Of a DNA stretch of 64,000 nucleotides, positions 30,043 through 39,902 are shown one piece after another (within the stretch, counting starts at the first letter, position 1; every line of letters starts with the position of its first letter). The DNA lies in contig JBDONT010000011.1 of NCBI GenBank assembly GCA_039831155.1, positions 1-64,000 on the forward strand, written 5' to 3'. The DNA comes from Nautiliaceae bacterium. Lineage in GTDB: Bacteria; Campylobacterota; Campylobacteria; Campylobacterales; Nautiliaceae. The notes beneath the pieces were generated by a model, which made no database searches, was not told the DNA's origin, and saw only the letters and a list, made by a program, of their open reading frames with translations. The translations under genes and the position numbers were made by a program.

Positions 30043-31086
30043 ATGTTATTATCGGATAACTCTTTTAGACTTACAAAATATGTAAAAGCAGCCGGGTGAG
30101 CGGGAAAATTGGCTCCGGAGGAGCTAAACGAAACGACCTGTCATCTCGGTTGTAAAGATGATAATTTAATCGTGGGGTTTGAAGGAAACGAAGATGCAAG
30201 CGTTTATAAAATTAGTGATGAAGTGGCTTTGGTCCAAACGGTTGATTTTATTACGCCCGTTGTTGACGACCCTTTTGTTTACGGTCAAATAGCGGCTGCA
30301 AACTCTTTAAGCGATGTTTTTGCTATGGGAGGTGATGTTAAAACGGCTTTAAACGTAGTCGGATTCGATTCTTTTCATCATTCTAAAGATGTGTTAAAAG
30401 AGATATTAAAGGGGGGTGAAGATAAAATAAGAGAGTGTGGAGGAGTTTTAAGCGGAGGGCATACAATAGAAACTCCGGAGATGATTTACGGGCTTAGTGT
30501 TACGGGAATTGTGCATCCTGATAAAATAATAAGAAATAACACTTTAAAAGAAGACGATGTAATTATCTTGACAAAACCACTTGGAATGGGAATTTTAACA
30601 ACTGCTATTAAAGCGGATTTGGTTGGTGAAGAGGTAATAAAAGAAGTTGCTCAAATTTTAAGTACTTTAAATTACAAAGCTTCTCTTATCGCAAGAGAAG
30701 TAGGTGTAAATGCAATGACCGATGTTACGGGATTTGGACTTTTGGGACATCTTTATGAGATGTGTGCGAATAGATTTAGTATAGAAGTGGAATTTGAAAA
30801 AGTTCCGTTTTTAAAAGAGGCTCTTAATCAAGCAGGTATGGGGATTGTTCCGGCAGGAAGCTATAATAATCAAGCTTTTGTAAAAAAATATGTTGAATTT
30901 ATGAGGGATTTAACGTTTGAAGAAGAGATGATTTTATTTGACGCCCAAACAAGTGGAGGACTTCTTATAAGCTTATCTCAAAATAGTGCTAAGGAGTATT
31001 TAAAAAGAGCAGTTGAAGAGGGAGTATTTGCAAGAGAGATAGGAAGTGTGAAAAAATTAAACGATAAGCTAATTTATGTAAAATAA
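30043..31086 (+). CDS. selD: Selenide, water dikinase; selenoprotein with Sec at codon 19 (TGA 30097-30099)
   Basis: MLLSDNSFRLTKYVKAAG-U-AGKLAP matches the SelD G-C/U-x-x-K motif; TVDF.TP.VDDP, AAANSLSD, TDVTGFGLLGH, DAQTSGGLL. Confidence 0.95.
30109..30127 (+). promoter_or_regulatory. Candidate bacterial SECIS hairpin
   Basis: TTGGCTCC-GGA-GGAGCTAA stem-loop starting 10 nt after the in-frame TGA, with a G-led apical loop. Confidence 0.7.
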
Positions 31087-31150
31087 ATGTATGATTCTCT
31101 TGCTTTTTTTTTAATTTATTTAGTATTATTAAACAAAAAAAGGAGATAGG

Positions 31151-32368
31151 ATGCTTGCATTTAAACATTATTTCGAATATGAAAACAAAAACATAGAAAA
31201 TTTTGCTTTCGAGAGTTTAAAAAATGAGTATGAAAGTGGGGAAATAGGGTATTATCATTTGCCTAAAAACATGAAGAATCTTATAAAAGAGGCTTCGAAA
31301 ATAAAGGATGATTTCGAAACTCTTGTGATTGTGGGGATAGGGGGGTCTTCTTTAGGAACTAAAGCTGTTTATCGTTTGTTAAAATCAAATTATGATAAAG
31401 TAAAAAAAATTATCTTTTTAGAAAATACCGACCCTATAGAACTTAGAAATAAATTTAACGAAATAGAACCTAAAAAAGCTAAATTTATTGTAATTTCAAA
31501 ATCCGGTTCGACAATAGAGACTATTTCTATTTTTAAAGCTCTTTTGGCTAATTTTAATTTGTCTTTAGAAAATAATAAAGATAAATTTATTATTATTACC
31601 GATTCTAATTCGCCTTTGGAAAAATTAGCTCAAGAATATAAAATTAATGTTTTTAACATTCCTTCAAATGTAGGTGGAAGATTTTCCGTTTTCAGTGCGG
31701 TGGGAGTAGTGCCCCTTTATTTAGCGGGATTTAAAATAGAAGAGATAGTAAAATCCGCAGGAGAATTTTTTAAATCTTTTTTTGATAAAAAAGAGTGGCA
31801 TTTGATTAAAAAGGCTTCTTTTATTTATGAAAAAAGTAATTTTTATAAGATAAATGTTGTGTTTTCCTACTCTTCTTTGCTTGATGAATTTAATAAATGG
31901 TATGTTCAGTTGTGGGGGGAGAGTTTAGGAAAAATTAATAAAAAAGGAAGAAGAGTGGGTTTAACTCCTATCGGTCTTTTAGGTTCAATCGACCAGCATT
32001 CGTTTTTGCAGCTTTTAATAGAAGGTCCAAAAGATAAAACGGTAACTTTTATTAAAGTAAAAAATTTCGAAAGAGAACTTAAAATTCCTAAATTGTCTTT
32101 GCCTTATATACAAAAGTGTGATTTTGTAAACGGTGTTAGTTTTAACGATTTAATTAACGCCCAGTGTGATGCCACAAAAGAGAGTGTGATTAGAGCCGGA
32201 ATAGATGTTGATGAGATTGTTTTGGAAAAATTAAATGAAGAAAACGTAGGTAAACTTTTGGCTTATTATGAGCTTTTAACTTCTGCTGTCGGAGTTTTAT
32301 TTGAGATTAATACTTATAATCAACCGGGAGTTGAGCTTGGTAAACAAATCTTAAAGACTAAGTTTTAG
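31151..32368 (+). CDS. pgi: Glucose-6-phosphate isomerase
   Basis: GIGGSSLG, ISKSGSTIET, VGGRFSV, QLWGESLGK, DQHS, YNQPGVELGK. Confidence 0.96.
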   Translation: MLAFKHYFEYENKNIENFAFESLKNEYESGEIGYYHLPKNMKNLIKEASKIKDDFETLVIVGIGGSSLGTKAVYRLLKSNYDKVKKIIFLENTDPIELRNKFNEIEPKKAKFIVISKSGSTIETISIFKALLANFNLSLENNKDKFIIITDSNSPLEKLAQEYKINVFNIPSNVGGRFSVFSAVGVVPLYLAGFKIEEIVKSAGEFFKSFFDKKEWHLIKKASFIYEKSNFYKINVVFSYSSLLDEFNKWYVQLWGESLGKINKKGRRVGLTPIGLLGSIDQHSFLQLLIEGPKDKTVTFIKVKNFERELKIPKLSLPYIQKCDFVNGVSFNDLINAQCDATKESVIRAGIDVDEIVLEKLNEENVGKLLAYYELLTSAVGVLFEINTYNQPGVELGKQILKTKF

Positions 32369-33157
32369 TTATCTTTTAAGATTGTTTACCGTTTGTAGCA
32401 TTTCGTCGCTGGTAACTATCGCTTTACTGGCGGCGTCATATGCTCTTTGACCGGTAATTAAATCGGTCATCTCTTCTACAAGCTGAACGTTACTCATCTC
32501 TACAAACCCCTGTCTAAGTTCTCCTGCCCCGTCAAGTCCCGGAGTCGTTACTATAGCTACACCGGAAGCCGATGTGTCTATGTATAAATTACTACCTAAA
32601 GAATGAAGACCGGCCGGGTTTATAAATTTTGCTAGTTGAATTTGTCCGATTTGCTGCATTTGGGTTTGCCCGGCTTCTAGGATACTTACCGTTCCGTCCG
32701 TTCCTATTGAGATTTGAACGGTATCTGCCGGAATTGTGATATTCGGTACTAGTTTATAACCGTCACTTGTAACTATGTTTCCTTCTGCATCCAGTTTAAA
32801 AGCTCCGTCTCTTGTATAAGCTATTCTTCCGTCGGGAAGCTGTACTTGAAAAAATCCGTCCCCTTGAATTGCAACGTCTAGGTTGTTTCCCGTTTCTTTA
32901 AAGTTTCCTTGAGTAAATATTTTAGTAACGGCTGTCGGTCTTACTCCAAGCCCTACGTTTATACCGGTTGGGGATTGAGTTGTCGTTGATGTTGAAGTTC
33001 CGGCATACTCCATAGTTTGATAAAAAAGGTCGGCAAATTCCGCTCTTTGTTTTTTATATCCTATAGTATTTACGTTTGATATATTGTTTGAGACGACGTC
33101 TATTTGCATTTGTTGAGCCATCATACCGGTTGCCGCACTGTAAAGACTTCTTACCAT
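32369..33157 (-). CDS. flgG: Flagellar basal-body distal rod protein
   Basis: MVRSLYSAATGM..SNNISNVNT, YTRDGAF, EMSNVQLVEEM. Confidence 0.96.
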   Translation of the reverse strand: MVRSLYSAATGMMAQQMQIDVVSNNISNVNTIGYKKQRAEFADLFYQTMEYAGTSTSTTTQSPTGINVGLGVRPTAVTKIFTQGNFKETGNNLDVAIQGDGFFQVQLPDGRIAYTRDGAFKLDAEGNIVTSDGYKLVPNITIPADTVQISIGTDGTVSILEAGQTQMQQIGQIQLAKFINPAGLHSLGSNLYIDTSASGVAIVTTPGLDGAGELRQGFVEMSNVQLVEEMTDLITGQRAYDAASKAIVTSDEMLQTVNNLKR

Positions 33158-33178
33158 TGTTTACCTTTTTTTTAAGTT

Positions 33179-33196
33179 AAGCAAAAATTGTTCCTA
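33179..33196 (-). promoter_or_regulatory. sigma54 promoter of flgG
   Basis: Minus strand TAGGAACAATTTTTGCTT = GG-N10-GC. Confidence 0.72.
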
Positions 33197-33979
33197 TACT
33201 CTTACATTTGCTAGTTTTTCAATAGCGTCACGGTTTAAATCGTCCATATATGTAGTCATTACTTTTTGGTATTCTTCCACTAATCTGTTTGTTTCTATGA
33301 GATTGGTCATTTGGGATATCGGATTTACGTTTGATTTTTCTAAAAATCCTTGAAGCGTTGAGTTTTTAGGATTTAGGGTAACGGTTTGGGGGATAAAATC
33401 AAACATATTATCTCCGACTTTTTTTAAAGTGTTTAGATTATCTACCGATGAGATTTTTAAAGTTGCTATTTTTTGGTGGTTTTGGTAGATATTTGCGTTT
33501 TTGTCTATTGTAATAGGGTAGTTGGGAGAGAGTTGAATGGGCTTGTTTTTTTCGTCTAGTACTTTAAATCCGTCTTTATTTACCAAAAATCCGTCTTTGT
33601 CTATTTGAAAGTTCCCAGCACGCGTTAGTCTCTCGCCACCCGGGGTTTGAATTGAAAAAAACTGGTTTTTCTGTTTTAGGGCTATATCCAGAGGGTTTGA
33701 CGTTTTTTTAATATCCCCTATACTAAAATCGGTATACTCTTCTACTACTATAGGGACTTTGTTTAAGTTTCTGTTTAAAAATTTAGCCGCTTCTTTTGTG
33801 TTGTTTTCAAGAGGCAATTCGTCTCTTTTTTCGCTAAATATTCGTTCAAAATCGCCGATTATAATATCGTCTTGTTTAAAGCCCGGGGTGTTGACATTTG
33901 CTAAATTATTTGATATTACATTAAGTCTATTAAATTGGGTTACCATTGCACCGGTAGTGTCGTAATAGCCGTTTAGCAT
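33194..33979 (-). CDS. flgF: Flagellar basal-body rod protein FlgF (FlgG2-like)
   Basis: ISNNLANVNTPGFK, LTRAGNF, LEKSNVN; adjacent to flgG. Confidence 0.88.
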   Translation of the reverse strand: MLNGYYDTTGAMVTQFNRLNVISNNLANVNTPGFKQDDIIIGDFERIFSEKRDELPLENNTKEAAKFLNRNLNKVPIVVEEYTDFSIGDIKKTSNPLDIALKQKNQFFSIQTPGGERLTRAGNFQIDKDGFLVNKDGFKVLDEKNKPIQLSPNYPITIDKNANIYQNHQKIATLKISSVDNLNTLKKVGDNMFDFIPQTVTLNPKNSTLQGFLEKSNVNPISQMTNLIETNRLVEEYQKVMTTYMDDLNRDAIEKLANVRV

Positions 33980-34000
33980 TGAAAAACCTTTTTAAATTTA

Positions 34001-34018
34001 AAGCAATAATCGTTCCGA
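34001..34018 (-). promoter_or_regulatory. sigma54 promoter of flgF
   Basis: Minus strand TCGGAACGATTATTGCTT = GG-N10-GC. Confidence 0.75.
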
Positions 34019-34063
34019 AAAAATTTAGTATAATTTCAGCCCTCAATTTACAAAGGAGTATAA

Positions 34064-35878
34064 ATGGCATTGCCTAAAGAACTTGAAAAACTTTTCAAAA
34101 CCAATAAAAACGGAATAGTTACTTACGAAACTATAGTAAACCTTTTACCTAAAGTTCCTACAAAAGCTCAAAGTAAAGAGATTTTAAAAGCTGCAAAAGA
34201 GAATAATATAAGATTAATGACGGCAGCTGAAGTTGCTAAACTTAAAAACCTTGAAGATGTTGTTAAGAGTGAAGAAGAGAGAGAAAGAAAAAAAGAAGAA
34301 CTTGCAGAAGAGATTTTAAAAGATAAAGAACTGCTTGAGTGGAGTAGGTCTGATAGTCCTGTTAGGATGTATTTAAGGGAAATGGGGCATATTCCACTTC
34401 TTGATAAAGATGAAGAGATTGAAATTTTTAGAAGAATTCAACTTGGCGAAGAGATTATATTAGACGCTATTTGTTCAATTCCTTTTTTAATTGATTTGGT
34501 TTTAAAATATAAAGAGCCTCTTTTAAACAGGGAAAGAAGAGTAAAAGAGCTTTTTAAAAGCTTTGTCGATGAAGAAGAGGTTGATGACGAAGAGTCTAAA
34601 GAAGGAAAAAGACAGAAAAAAATATCTTTAAGAGAAAAAAGAATTAACGAACTCTTTAAAAATCTTGAAAAAGCGAAAAAAGAATGGGAAAAAGTACTTG
34701 ATGAGTATGACAGGGTAATTAACGCTAAAGATATGGATGAGCTTGAGAGACTTCATAAAATACTTCAGCTTACATTTAAAAAGAAAAAAGTAAAAGAATC
34801 TCTTAATGAGCTCGGATATACTTCAAAACTTATTAATGAAATCGTAAAAACCGTTGAAACGGCTTTAAAAGGCGATAAAGATTTTGAAAAAGAACTTAAG
34901 AAAAAAGAGTATAGACTGCCACTTTTTAACGAACAGCTTAGAAAGCTTCATAAAGAGATTTTAAGCAAAATTACGGAATTATCTAAAGAAGATATAGCGG
35001 TAATGGTTCCGGAACATACTATGGTAAACGTATATATGGATATTAAAAAACTTGTTGAAGCAAAAAAAGCCAGCGAAAATATGTTTGGAATGGACCCTAA
35101 AAAGCTTGAAGTAATTTTAGAACAGCTAAAAAGAGGTAAAAAAATCGTAACGGAAGCAAAAGAAAAAATGGCAAGAGCGAATTTAAGACTTGTTGTAAGT
35201 ATCGCTAAAAAATATACCAATAGAGGTCTTCCGTTTCTGGATTTGATTCAAGAAGGAAATATCGGTCTTATGAAAGCTATTGATAAGTTTGAATTTGAAA
35301 AAGGGTATAAATTTTCAACATATGCCACATGGTGGATTAGACAGGCAATTAGCCGTGCCATTGCAGATCAGGCAAGAACGGTTAGAATTCCTATTCATAT
35401 GATTGAAAATATAAACCAAATTAATAAAATAGTTAGAAAATACGTTCAAGAGGAAGGAAAAGAACCGTCTCTTGAAGTGATTGCAAAAGAGATGAAAATG
35501 CCGGTTGAGAAGATTAAACAGATTTTAAAAATCTCAAAAGAACCGGTATCTCTTGAAGCTCCGGTAGGAGAAGAGGATGACGGAAAATTCGGAGATTTTA
35601 TTGAAGATAAAACATTTACAAATCCTTATGAAGAGGTGGTAAACGAGGATTTAAGAAAACACATAGAAGAGATTTTGGAACAACTAAACGAAAGAGAAAG
35701 AGCCGTTATTAAGATGAGGTTCGGGCTTATGCCGGATAAGAGTGAGAGAACTTTGGAAGAGATAGGAAAAGCCCTTAATGTAACAAGAGAGAGAGTTAGA
35801 CAAATTGAAAGCAGTGCTATTAAAAAGCTTAGACACCCGAATATCGGAAAGTTTTTGAAAAATTACATTGAGGGATAA
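34064..35878 (+). CDS. rpoD: RNA polymerase sigma-70 factor
   Basis: [48 protein letters not shown]. Confidence 0.98.
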   Translation: MALPKELEKLFKTNKNGIVTYETIVNLLPKVPTKAQSKEILKAAKENNIRLMTAAEVAKLKNLEDVVKSEEERERKKEELAEEILKDKELLEWSRSDSPVRMYLREMGHIPLLDKDEEIEIFRRIQLGEEIILDAICSIPFLIDLVLKYKEPLLNRERRVKELFKSFVDEEEVDDEESKEGKRQKKISLREKRINELFKNLEKAKKEWEKVLDEYDRVINAKDMDELERLHKILQLTFKKKKVKESLNELGYTSKLINEIVKTVETALKGDKDFEKELKKKEYRLPLFNEQLRKLHKEILSKITELSKEDIAVMVPEHTMVNVYMDIKKLVEAKKASENMFGMDPKKLEVILEQLKRGKKIVTEAKEKMARANLRLVVSIAKKYTNRGLPFLDLIQEGNIGLMKAIDKFEFEKGYKFSTYATWWIRQAISRAIADQARTVRIPIHMIENINQINKIVRKYVQEEGKEPSLEVIAKEMKMPVEKIKQILKISKEPVSLEAPVGEEDDGKFGDFIEDKTFTNPYEEVVNEDLRKHIEEILEQLNERERAVIKMRFGLMPDKSERTLEEIGKALNVTRERVRQIESSAIKKLRHPNIGKFLKNYIEG

Positions 35879-36673
35879 ATGAAAAAAGATGTTATCTCAA
35901 AAGAGATTGTAAAAAGGGTAATTAAAGATTTAGCCAAAAACATCTTAAAAATTGAAATAAAAGAACTAAAACTCTTAGATACCGAATTTGAGAGGATAGA
36001 GTCAAGAAGAGTCGATATTTTGGCTCTTGTTGATGAAACTTATTTACTTCATATCGAACTTCAAAGTCACTATGACTCTAATATGCCGTATAGAATGCTT
36101 AGGTACTACATCGATATAAAACAAAAATATAATTTTCCAATTAAGCAGTTTGTTGTTTTTTTGGGTAAAGGAAAATTGAAAGACAAAATAGAAGATGAGG
36201 TTTTGAAATTTAGGTATAATGTTATTGATATGAAAAAACTTGACTGCGATATATTTTTGAATAGTGAAGTACCAGAATCGCTGGTATTATCCGTTTTGTG
36301 CGATTTTAAAAATAAAAAACCGAATAAAGTTGTGGAAGAGATTATTCAAAAGCTCTTAAAAATTTCTAAAAGCAGACAAAATTTTGAAAATTATATTTTG
36401 ATGTTGGAAGAGCTAAGCTCTCTTAGGGATTTAAAAGAGCTTGTAAAGGAGAGTGAAATGATACTTACAAGTAAGGTAAAATGGGAAGATTTACCAAGCT
36501 ATGAGATAGGTCTTGAAAAGGGAATGGAAAAAGGTATCGAAAAAGAGAAAGAAGTAGTGATATTAAACGGATATAAAATGGGTCTTAAAATAGAAGATAT
36601 TGCACTTTTGGTAAATAGTAGCGTAAGTGAAGTTAAAAAAGTTTTAAAGAGAAATAATGTGGAAGTTAATTGA
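35879..36673 (+). CDS. Rpn/YhgA-like PD-(D/E)xK nuclease (recombination-promoting nuclease/putative transposase family)
   Basis: RRVDIL...LLHIELQS..D.NMPYRMLRY; C-terminal GLEKGMEKGIEK repeats and HTH-like end. Confidence 0.82.
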   Translation: MKKDVISKEIVKRVIKDLAKNILKIEIKELKLLDTEFERIESRRVDILALVDETYLLHIELQSHYDSNMPYRMLRYYIDIKQKYNFPIKQFVVFLGKGKLKDKIEDEVLKFRYNVIDMKKLDCDIFLNSEVPESLVLSVLCDFKNKKPNKVVEEIIQKLLKISKSRQNFENYILMLEELSSLRDLKELVKESEMILTSKVKWEDLPSYEIGLEKGMEKGIEKEKEVVILNGYKMGLKIEDIALLVNSSVSEVKKVLKRNNVEVN

Positions 36674-37442
36674 AGAGTATTTAGTTAGGTTTATAAAAGA
36701 AGAAATTACAAAAACTGGACTTAAAAGAGGGATATGTGGACTTAGTGGAGGGATTGACAGTGCCGTTGTGGCAGTGCTTGCAAAAAAAGCGTTAGGAGAT
36801 AATTTTAAGGCTTTTATGCTTCCAAGTCAATTTTCTTCCCCTTCTTCTATTGAAGATGCAAAAAAGCTTTGTGAAAAGTTTGATATAGATTATGAGATAA
36901 TTTCTATCGCTCCACTTCTTAATGCGTATCCTATTGACGATAAAGTGAGGTTTGGTAATTTTTCTGCAAGAATGAGAATGGCAATTTTATATGATAAATC
37001 TGCTGAGCTTTCTGCGTTAGTAATTGGTACGAGTAATAAGAGTGAGCTTTTATTAGGATACGGGACTCTGTTTGGGGATTTGGCAAGTGCCCTAAATCCA
37101 ATAGGGGATTTATATAAAAGTGAAATTTTTGAATTTGCCAGGTATCTTGGGGTTAAAGAAGAGATTATTAACAAACCTCCAAGTGCCGATTTGTGGGAGG
37201 GGCAAAGTGATGAAAAGGAGCTTGGATACACGTATGAGGAGCTTGATAAAGTTCTTAGGGATTTTGTGGACGAAAGAGCGACAAAAGATGAGCTTTTAAG
37301 AAAATACGATAAAGATTTGGTTGAATTTGTATTGAGAAAAGTTTATTTTAATCAGTTTAAAAGAAAAATGCCGATAATTGCTAAGCTTAAATCAAGAACT
37401 ATTACTCACGACTTTTTGTATGAAAGAGATATTAAATTGTAA
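36657..37442 (+). CDS. nadE: NH3-dependent NAD+ synthetase
   Basis: GLSGGIDSAV, GNFSARMRM, GTSNKSE..GYGT..GD, PSADLWEGQSDE. Confidence 0.96.
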   Translation: MWKLIEEYLVRFIKEEITKTGLKRGICGLSGGIDSAVVAVLAKKALGDNFKAFMLPSQFSSPSSIEDAKKLCEKFDIDYEIISIAPLLNAYPIDDKVRFGNFSARMRMAILYDKSAELSALVIGTSNKSELLLGYGTLFGDLASALNPIGDLYKSEIFEFARYLGVKEEIINKPPSADLWEGQSDEKELGYTYEELDKVLRDFVDERATKDELLRKYDKDLVEFVLRKVYFNQFKRKMPIIAKLKSRTITHDFLYERDIKL

Positions 37443-37443
37443 A

Positions 37444-38337
37444 ATGGAGCGTTTAAAAGTTTTGGTTTATAGATTTTTTGAAGAGATGCTTTTTTATCCG
37501 AAATGGTATCATTGGCCTATAATTATTTTACTTCTTCCTTTTTCTTTTATTTATATGACGATAGTTCATTTTAAATTCCCCAGAAAACTTGAAAATTTAA
37601 AAATCCCTATAGTATCTGTAGGGAATATTATCGTAGGTGGTAGTGGAAAAACACCGTTTACGATAGCTTTGGCAAATGAGTTTAATTCTTATAAACCGGC
37701 TGTTGTTTTAAGGGGATACGCAAGAGAGAGTAAAGGGCTTTTTGTAGTAAGCGAGTGGGGGGATATTAAAACGGATGTAAAAACAAGTGGCGATGAGGCT
37801 ATGGAAATAGCTCTTAGTACTGAAGCTTTGGTAATTGTGAGTGAAGATAGAAAAAGTGGAATTTTAAAAGCCAAAGAACTTGGTGCCGGATTTGTTATAC
37901 TTGATGACGGCTTTGATAAGCCTTTTAAGAAATTAAATATCGTAATAGATGAAAAGATAAAAAATCCTTTTTGTTTACCGGCCGGAGGATATAGGTATCC
38001 TAGAATTGCTCTAAGATATGCCGATTTGGTTTTAAAAGAAAGAAGGGATTTTAAAAGAGAGGTTAAGTGTCCAAAAGGAGATATTTTAGTAACGGCTATT
38101 TCCAAACCTAAAAGATTGCTTAAGTTTTGCAAACTGCCTTATAAATTTTTCCCGGACCATTATGAATTTAAACAAAAAGATTTAAAAGAGTTTAAAAATA
38201 AAACGCTTATCACTACAATGAAAGATTATGTGAAACTCAAAGAGTTTAAGCTGGATTTAAGAATAATAAGATTAAATATTATTATAAATGAAGAAATTTT
38301 GAAACAAATAGAAAATTATCTGATAAAATTTCAATAA
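37444..38337 (+). CDS. lpxK: Tetraacyldisaccharide 4'-kinase
   Basis: VSVGNIIVGGSGKTP, LRGY, GDEA, ILDDGF, FPDHY, TTMKDYVK; ATG at 37444. Confidence 0.94.
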   Translation: MERLKVLVYRFFEEMLFYPKWYHWPIIILLLPFSFIYMTIVHFKFPRKLENLKIPIVSVGNIIVGGSGKTPFTIALANEFNSYKPAVVLRGYARESKGLFVVSEWGDIKTDVKTSGDEAMEIALSTEALVIVSEDRKSGILKAKELGAGFVILDDGFDKPFKKLNIVIDEKIKNPFCLPAGGYRYPRIALRYADLVLKERRDFKREVKCPKGDILVTAISKPKRLLKFCKLPYKFFPDHYEFKQKDLKEFKNKTLITTMKDYVKLKEFKLDLRIIRLNIIINEEILKQIENYLIKFQ

Positions 38338-38349
38338 AAAGGTTTTAAA

Positions 38350-38907
38350 GTGGAGATTAAAGAAAAATTAAAGCAAGAAGAAGAACTCTTAGTAAAAGTG
38401 TTTAAGCTTGAGAAATTTGTAAAAAAATATAAATTTCATTTAATAGGAGCCGGGGTACTTATTGTTTTAATTGCGATAGGGAGTTATGTTAATTCTTATT
38501 TAAAAGAACAAAAGTTAATCAAAACCAACGAAGCTTACAATAAACTTCTTGCAAATCCGAATGATAAAGAGGCTTTAAAAATTGTAAAAGAGAATAAAAA
38601 ACTTTATGATTTATATCTTTTAAGTACCGATAAAATTGAAAATTTACAAAAAATCACTACTCCGGAATTAAAAGCTATAGCGGCTTATAAAATAGCGATG
38701 ATTAAAGGGGATGAAAAGTCTCTTGAAAACTATCTTTTAAATCCCGAATATAAAATTTTAAAAGACCCGGTAAGATTTGCTTTGATTAGACTTTATTTAA
38801 AAGACGGAAATAGAAAAAAAGCAGAAGTTATTTATAATCAGCTTTCGCCGAATTCGGAATTAAAGCCGCTTGCTAAATATTTAATTCATTATGGGATTGT
38901 TAAATGA
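38350..38907 (+). CDS. Single-TM, TPR-like hypothetical protein (YfgM-like)
   Basis: One N-terminal TM (FVKKYKFHLIGAGVLIVL) followed by a helical region. Confidence 0.6.
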   Translation: MEIKEKLKQEEELLVKVFKLEKFVKKYKFHLIGAGVLIVLIAIGSYVNSYLKEQKLIKTNEAYNKLLANPNDKEALKIVKENKKLYDLYLLSTDKIENLQKITTPELKAIAAYKIAMIKGDEKSLENYLLNPEYKILKDPVRFALIRLYLKDGNRKKAEVIYNQLSPNSELKPLAKYLIHYGIVK

Positions 38908-39902
38908 GATATCTTTTATTAGTGCTTTTTTTGATTTTTAACGGATGTGCCGATAAGGTTTTTGAGCCTAAAAAGGTTGAAGTTAAAAAGTTAAAATCAA
39001 AAGATTTTAAAGAATTAAAAGAGTATACAAAACATAATTTTACTTTTGCCGACTTTAAATTAAAGTATTCAAAACCCGATATTGCTTTTGACGGTGTAGA
39101 GGGAGTGGAGGTTCATTACGATTTAAACGGAACTTATTTGGGTAAATTTAATAAAGCAAACGATAACTTGGCAGTTTTTGGAAATAAAATTTTTGTTTTA
39201 GATGAAAATAAAACTTATTCTCTGCCTTTTGTAATTTATGGGGCTACTAAACATAAAAATAAAATAGCGGTTGTTTTTGAAAACGGAAAATACGGTATTT
39301 TTGATACTAAAACAAAAAAAATGACTTCTGTTCTTCAAAGTGATGAGACTTTAAGCGTTAAATATCTCCACGCAAATCCCGTTTTTTACAATAATTTGGT
39401 TTTATTTCCTTTAATAACCGGAAATGTGGCTGTTGCGGATTTAAACGGAAATTATATAAGGACTCTTTCCATTTCTCAAAATCCATTTAACGATAACGTT
39501 ATATTCTTAAAAATAGTAAACGGTAAGCTTTTTATGGCTACTCCTAGCCGTTTGATACTTTTTGACCCTAACTTTTTGATAGATTACAGTGCGGATATTA
39601 AACATATTATCGCTTATAACGGATATTTGTATATTTTTACGCCGGATGGAGAGATTATAAAGTTAAATTCCGATTTAAAAGAGATAAAAAAAGTAAAACT
39701 TCCTTATGCTAGTTTTTATGCACCTGGTGTTTGTAAAGGAAATATTTATACGGTTGAAAAGGAAGGGTATTTGATTAAAATTACTCCTAATTTGAAAGTA
39801 ACCGTTTATAAAGGAAATAATTTTGATACTACTACCAACAGTATGCTAAAACTTAATAAGTGTAAAATCTATAATTACGACAAGGTGTTTATAATTGAGT
39901 AG
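38904..39902 (+). CDS. Beta-propeller-like lipoprotein
   Basis: Lipobox FNGC; repeated short beta-strand blades (PVFYNNLVLFP..GNVAV, YLYIFTPDGEII). Confidence 0.6.
   Translation: MRYLLLVLFLIFNGCADKVFEPKKVEVKKLKSKDFKELKEYTKHNFTFADFKLKYSKPDIAFDGVEGVEVHYDLNGTYLGKFNKANDNLAVFGNKIFVLDENKTYSLPFVIYGATKHKNKIAVVFENGKYGIFDTKTKKMTSVLQSDETLSVKYLHANPVFYNNLVLFPLITGNVAVADLNGNYIRTLSISQNPFNDNVIFLKIVNGKLFMATPSRLILFDPNFLIDYSADIKHIIAYNGYLYIFTPDGEIIKLNSDLKEIKKVKLPYASFYAPGVCKGNIYTVEKEGYLIKITPNLKVTVYKGNNFDTTTNSMLKLNKCKIYNYDKVFIIE

Noticed and set aside
30109-31086. selD as a 325-aa protein starting at TTG 30109, or as a pseudogene
   Set aside because: This start removes the catalytic N-terminal motif; the upstream in-frame TGA plus hairpin indicates Sec recoding.
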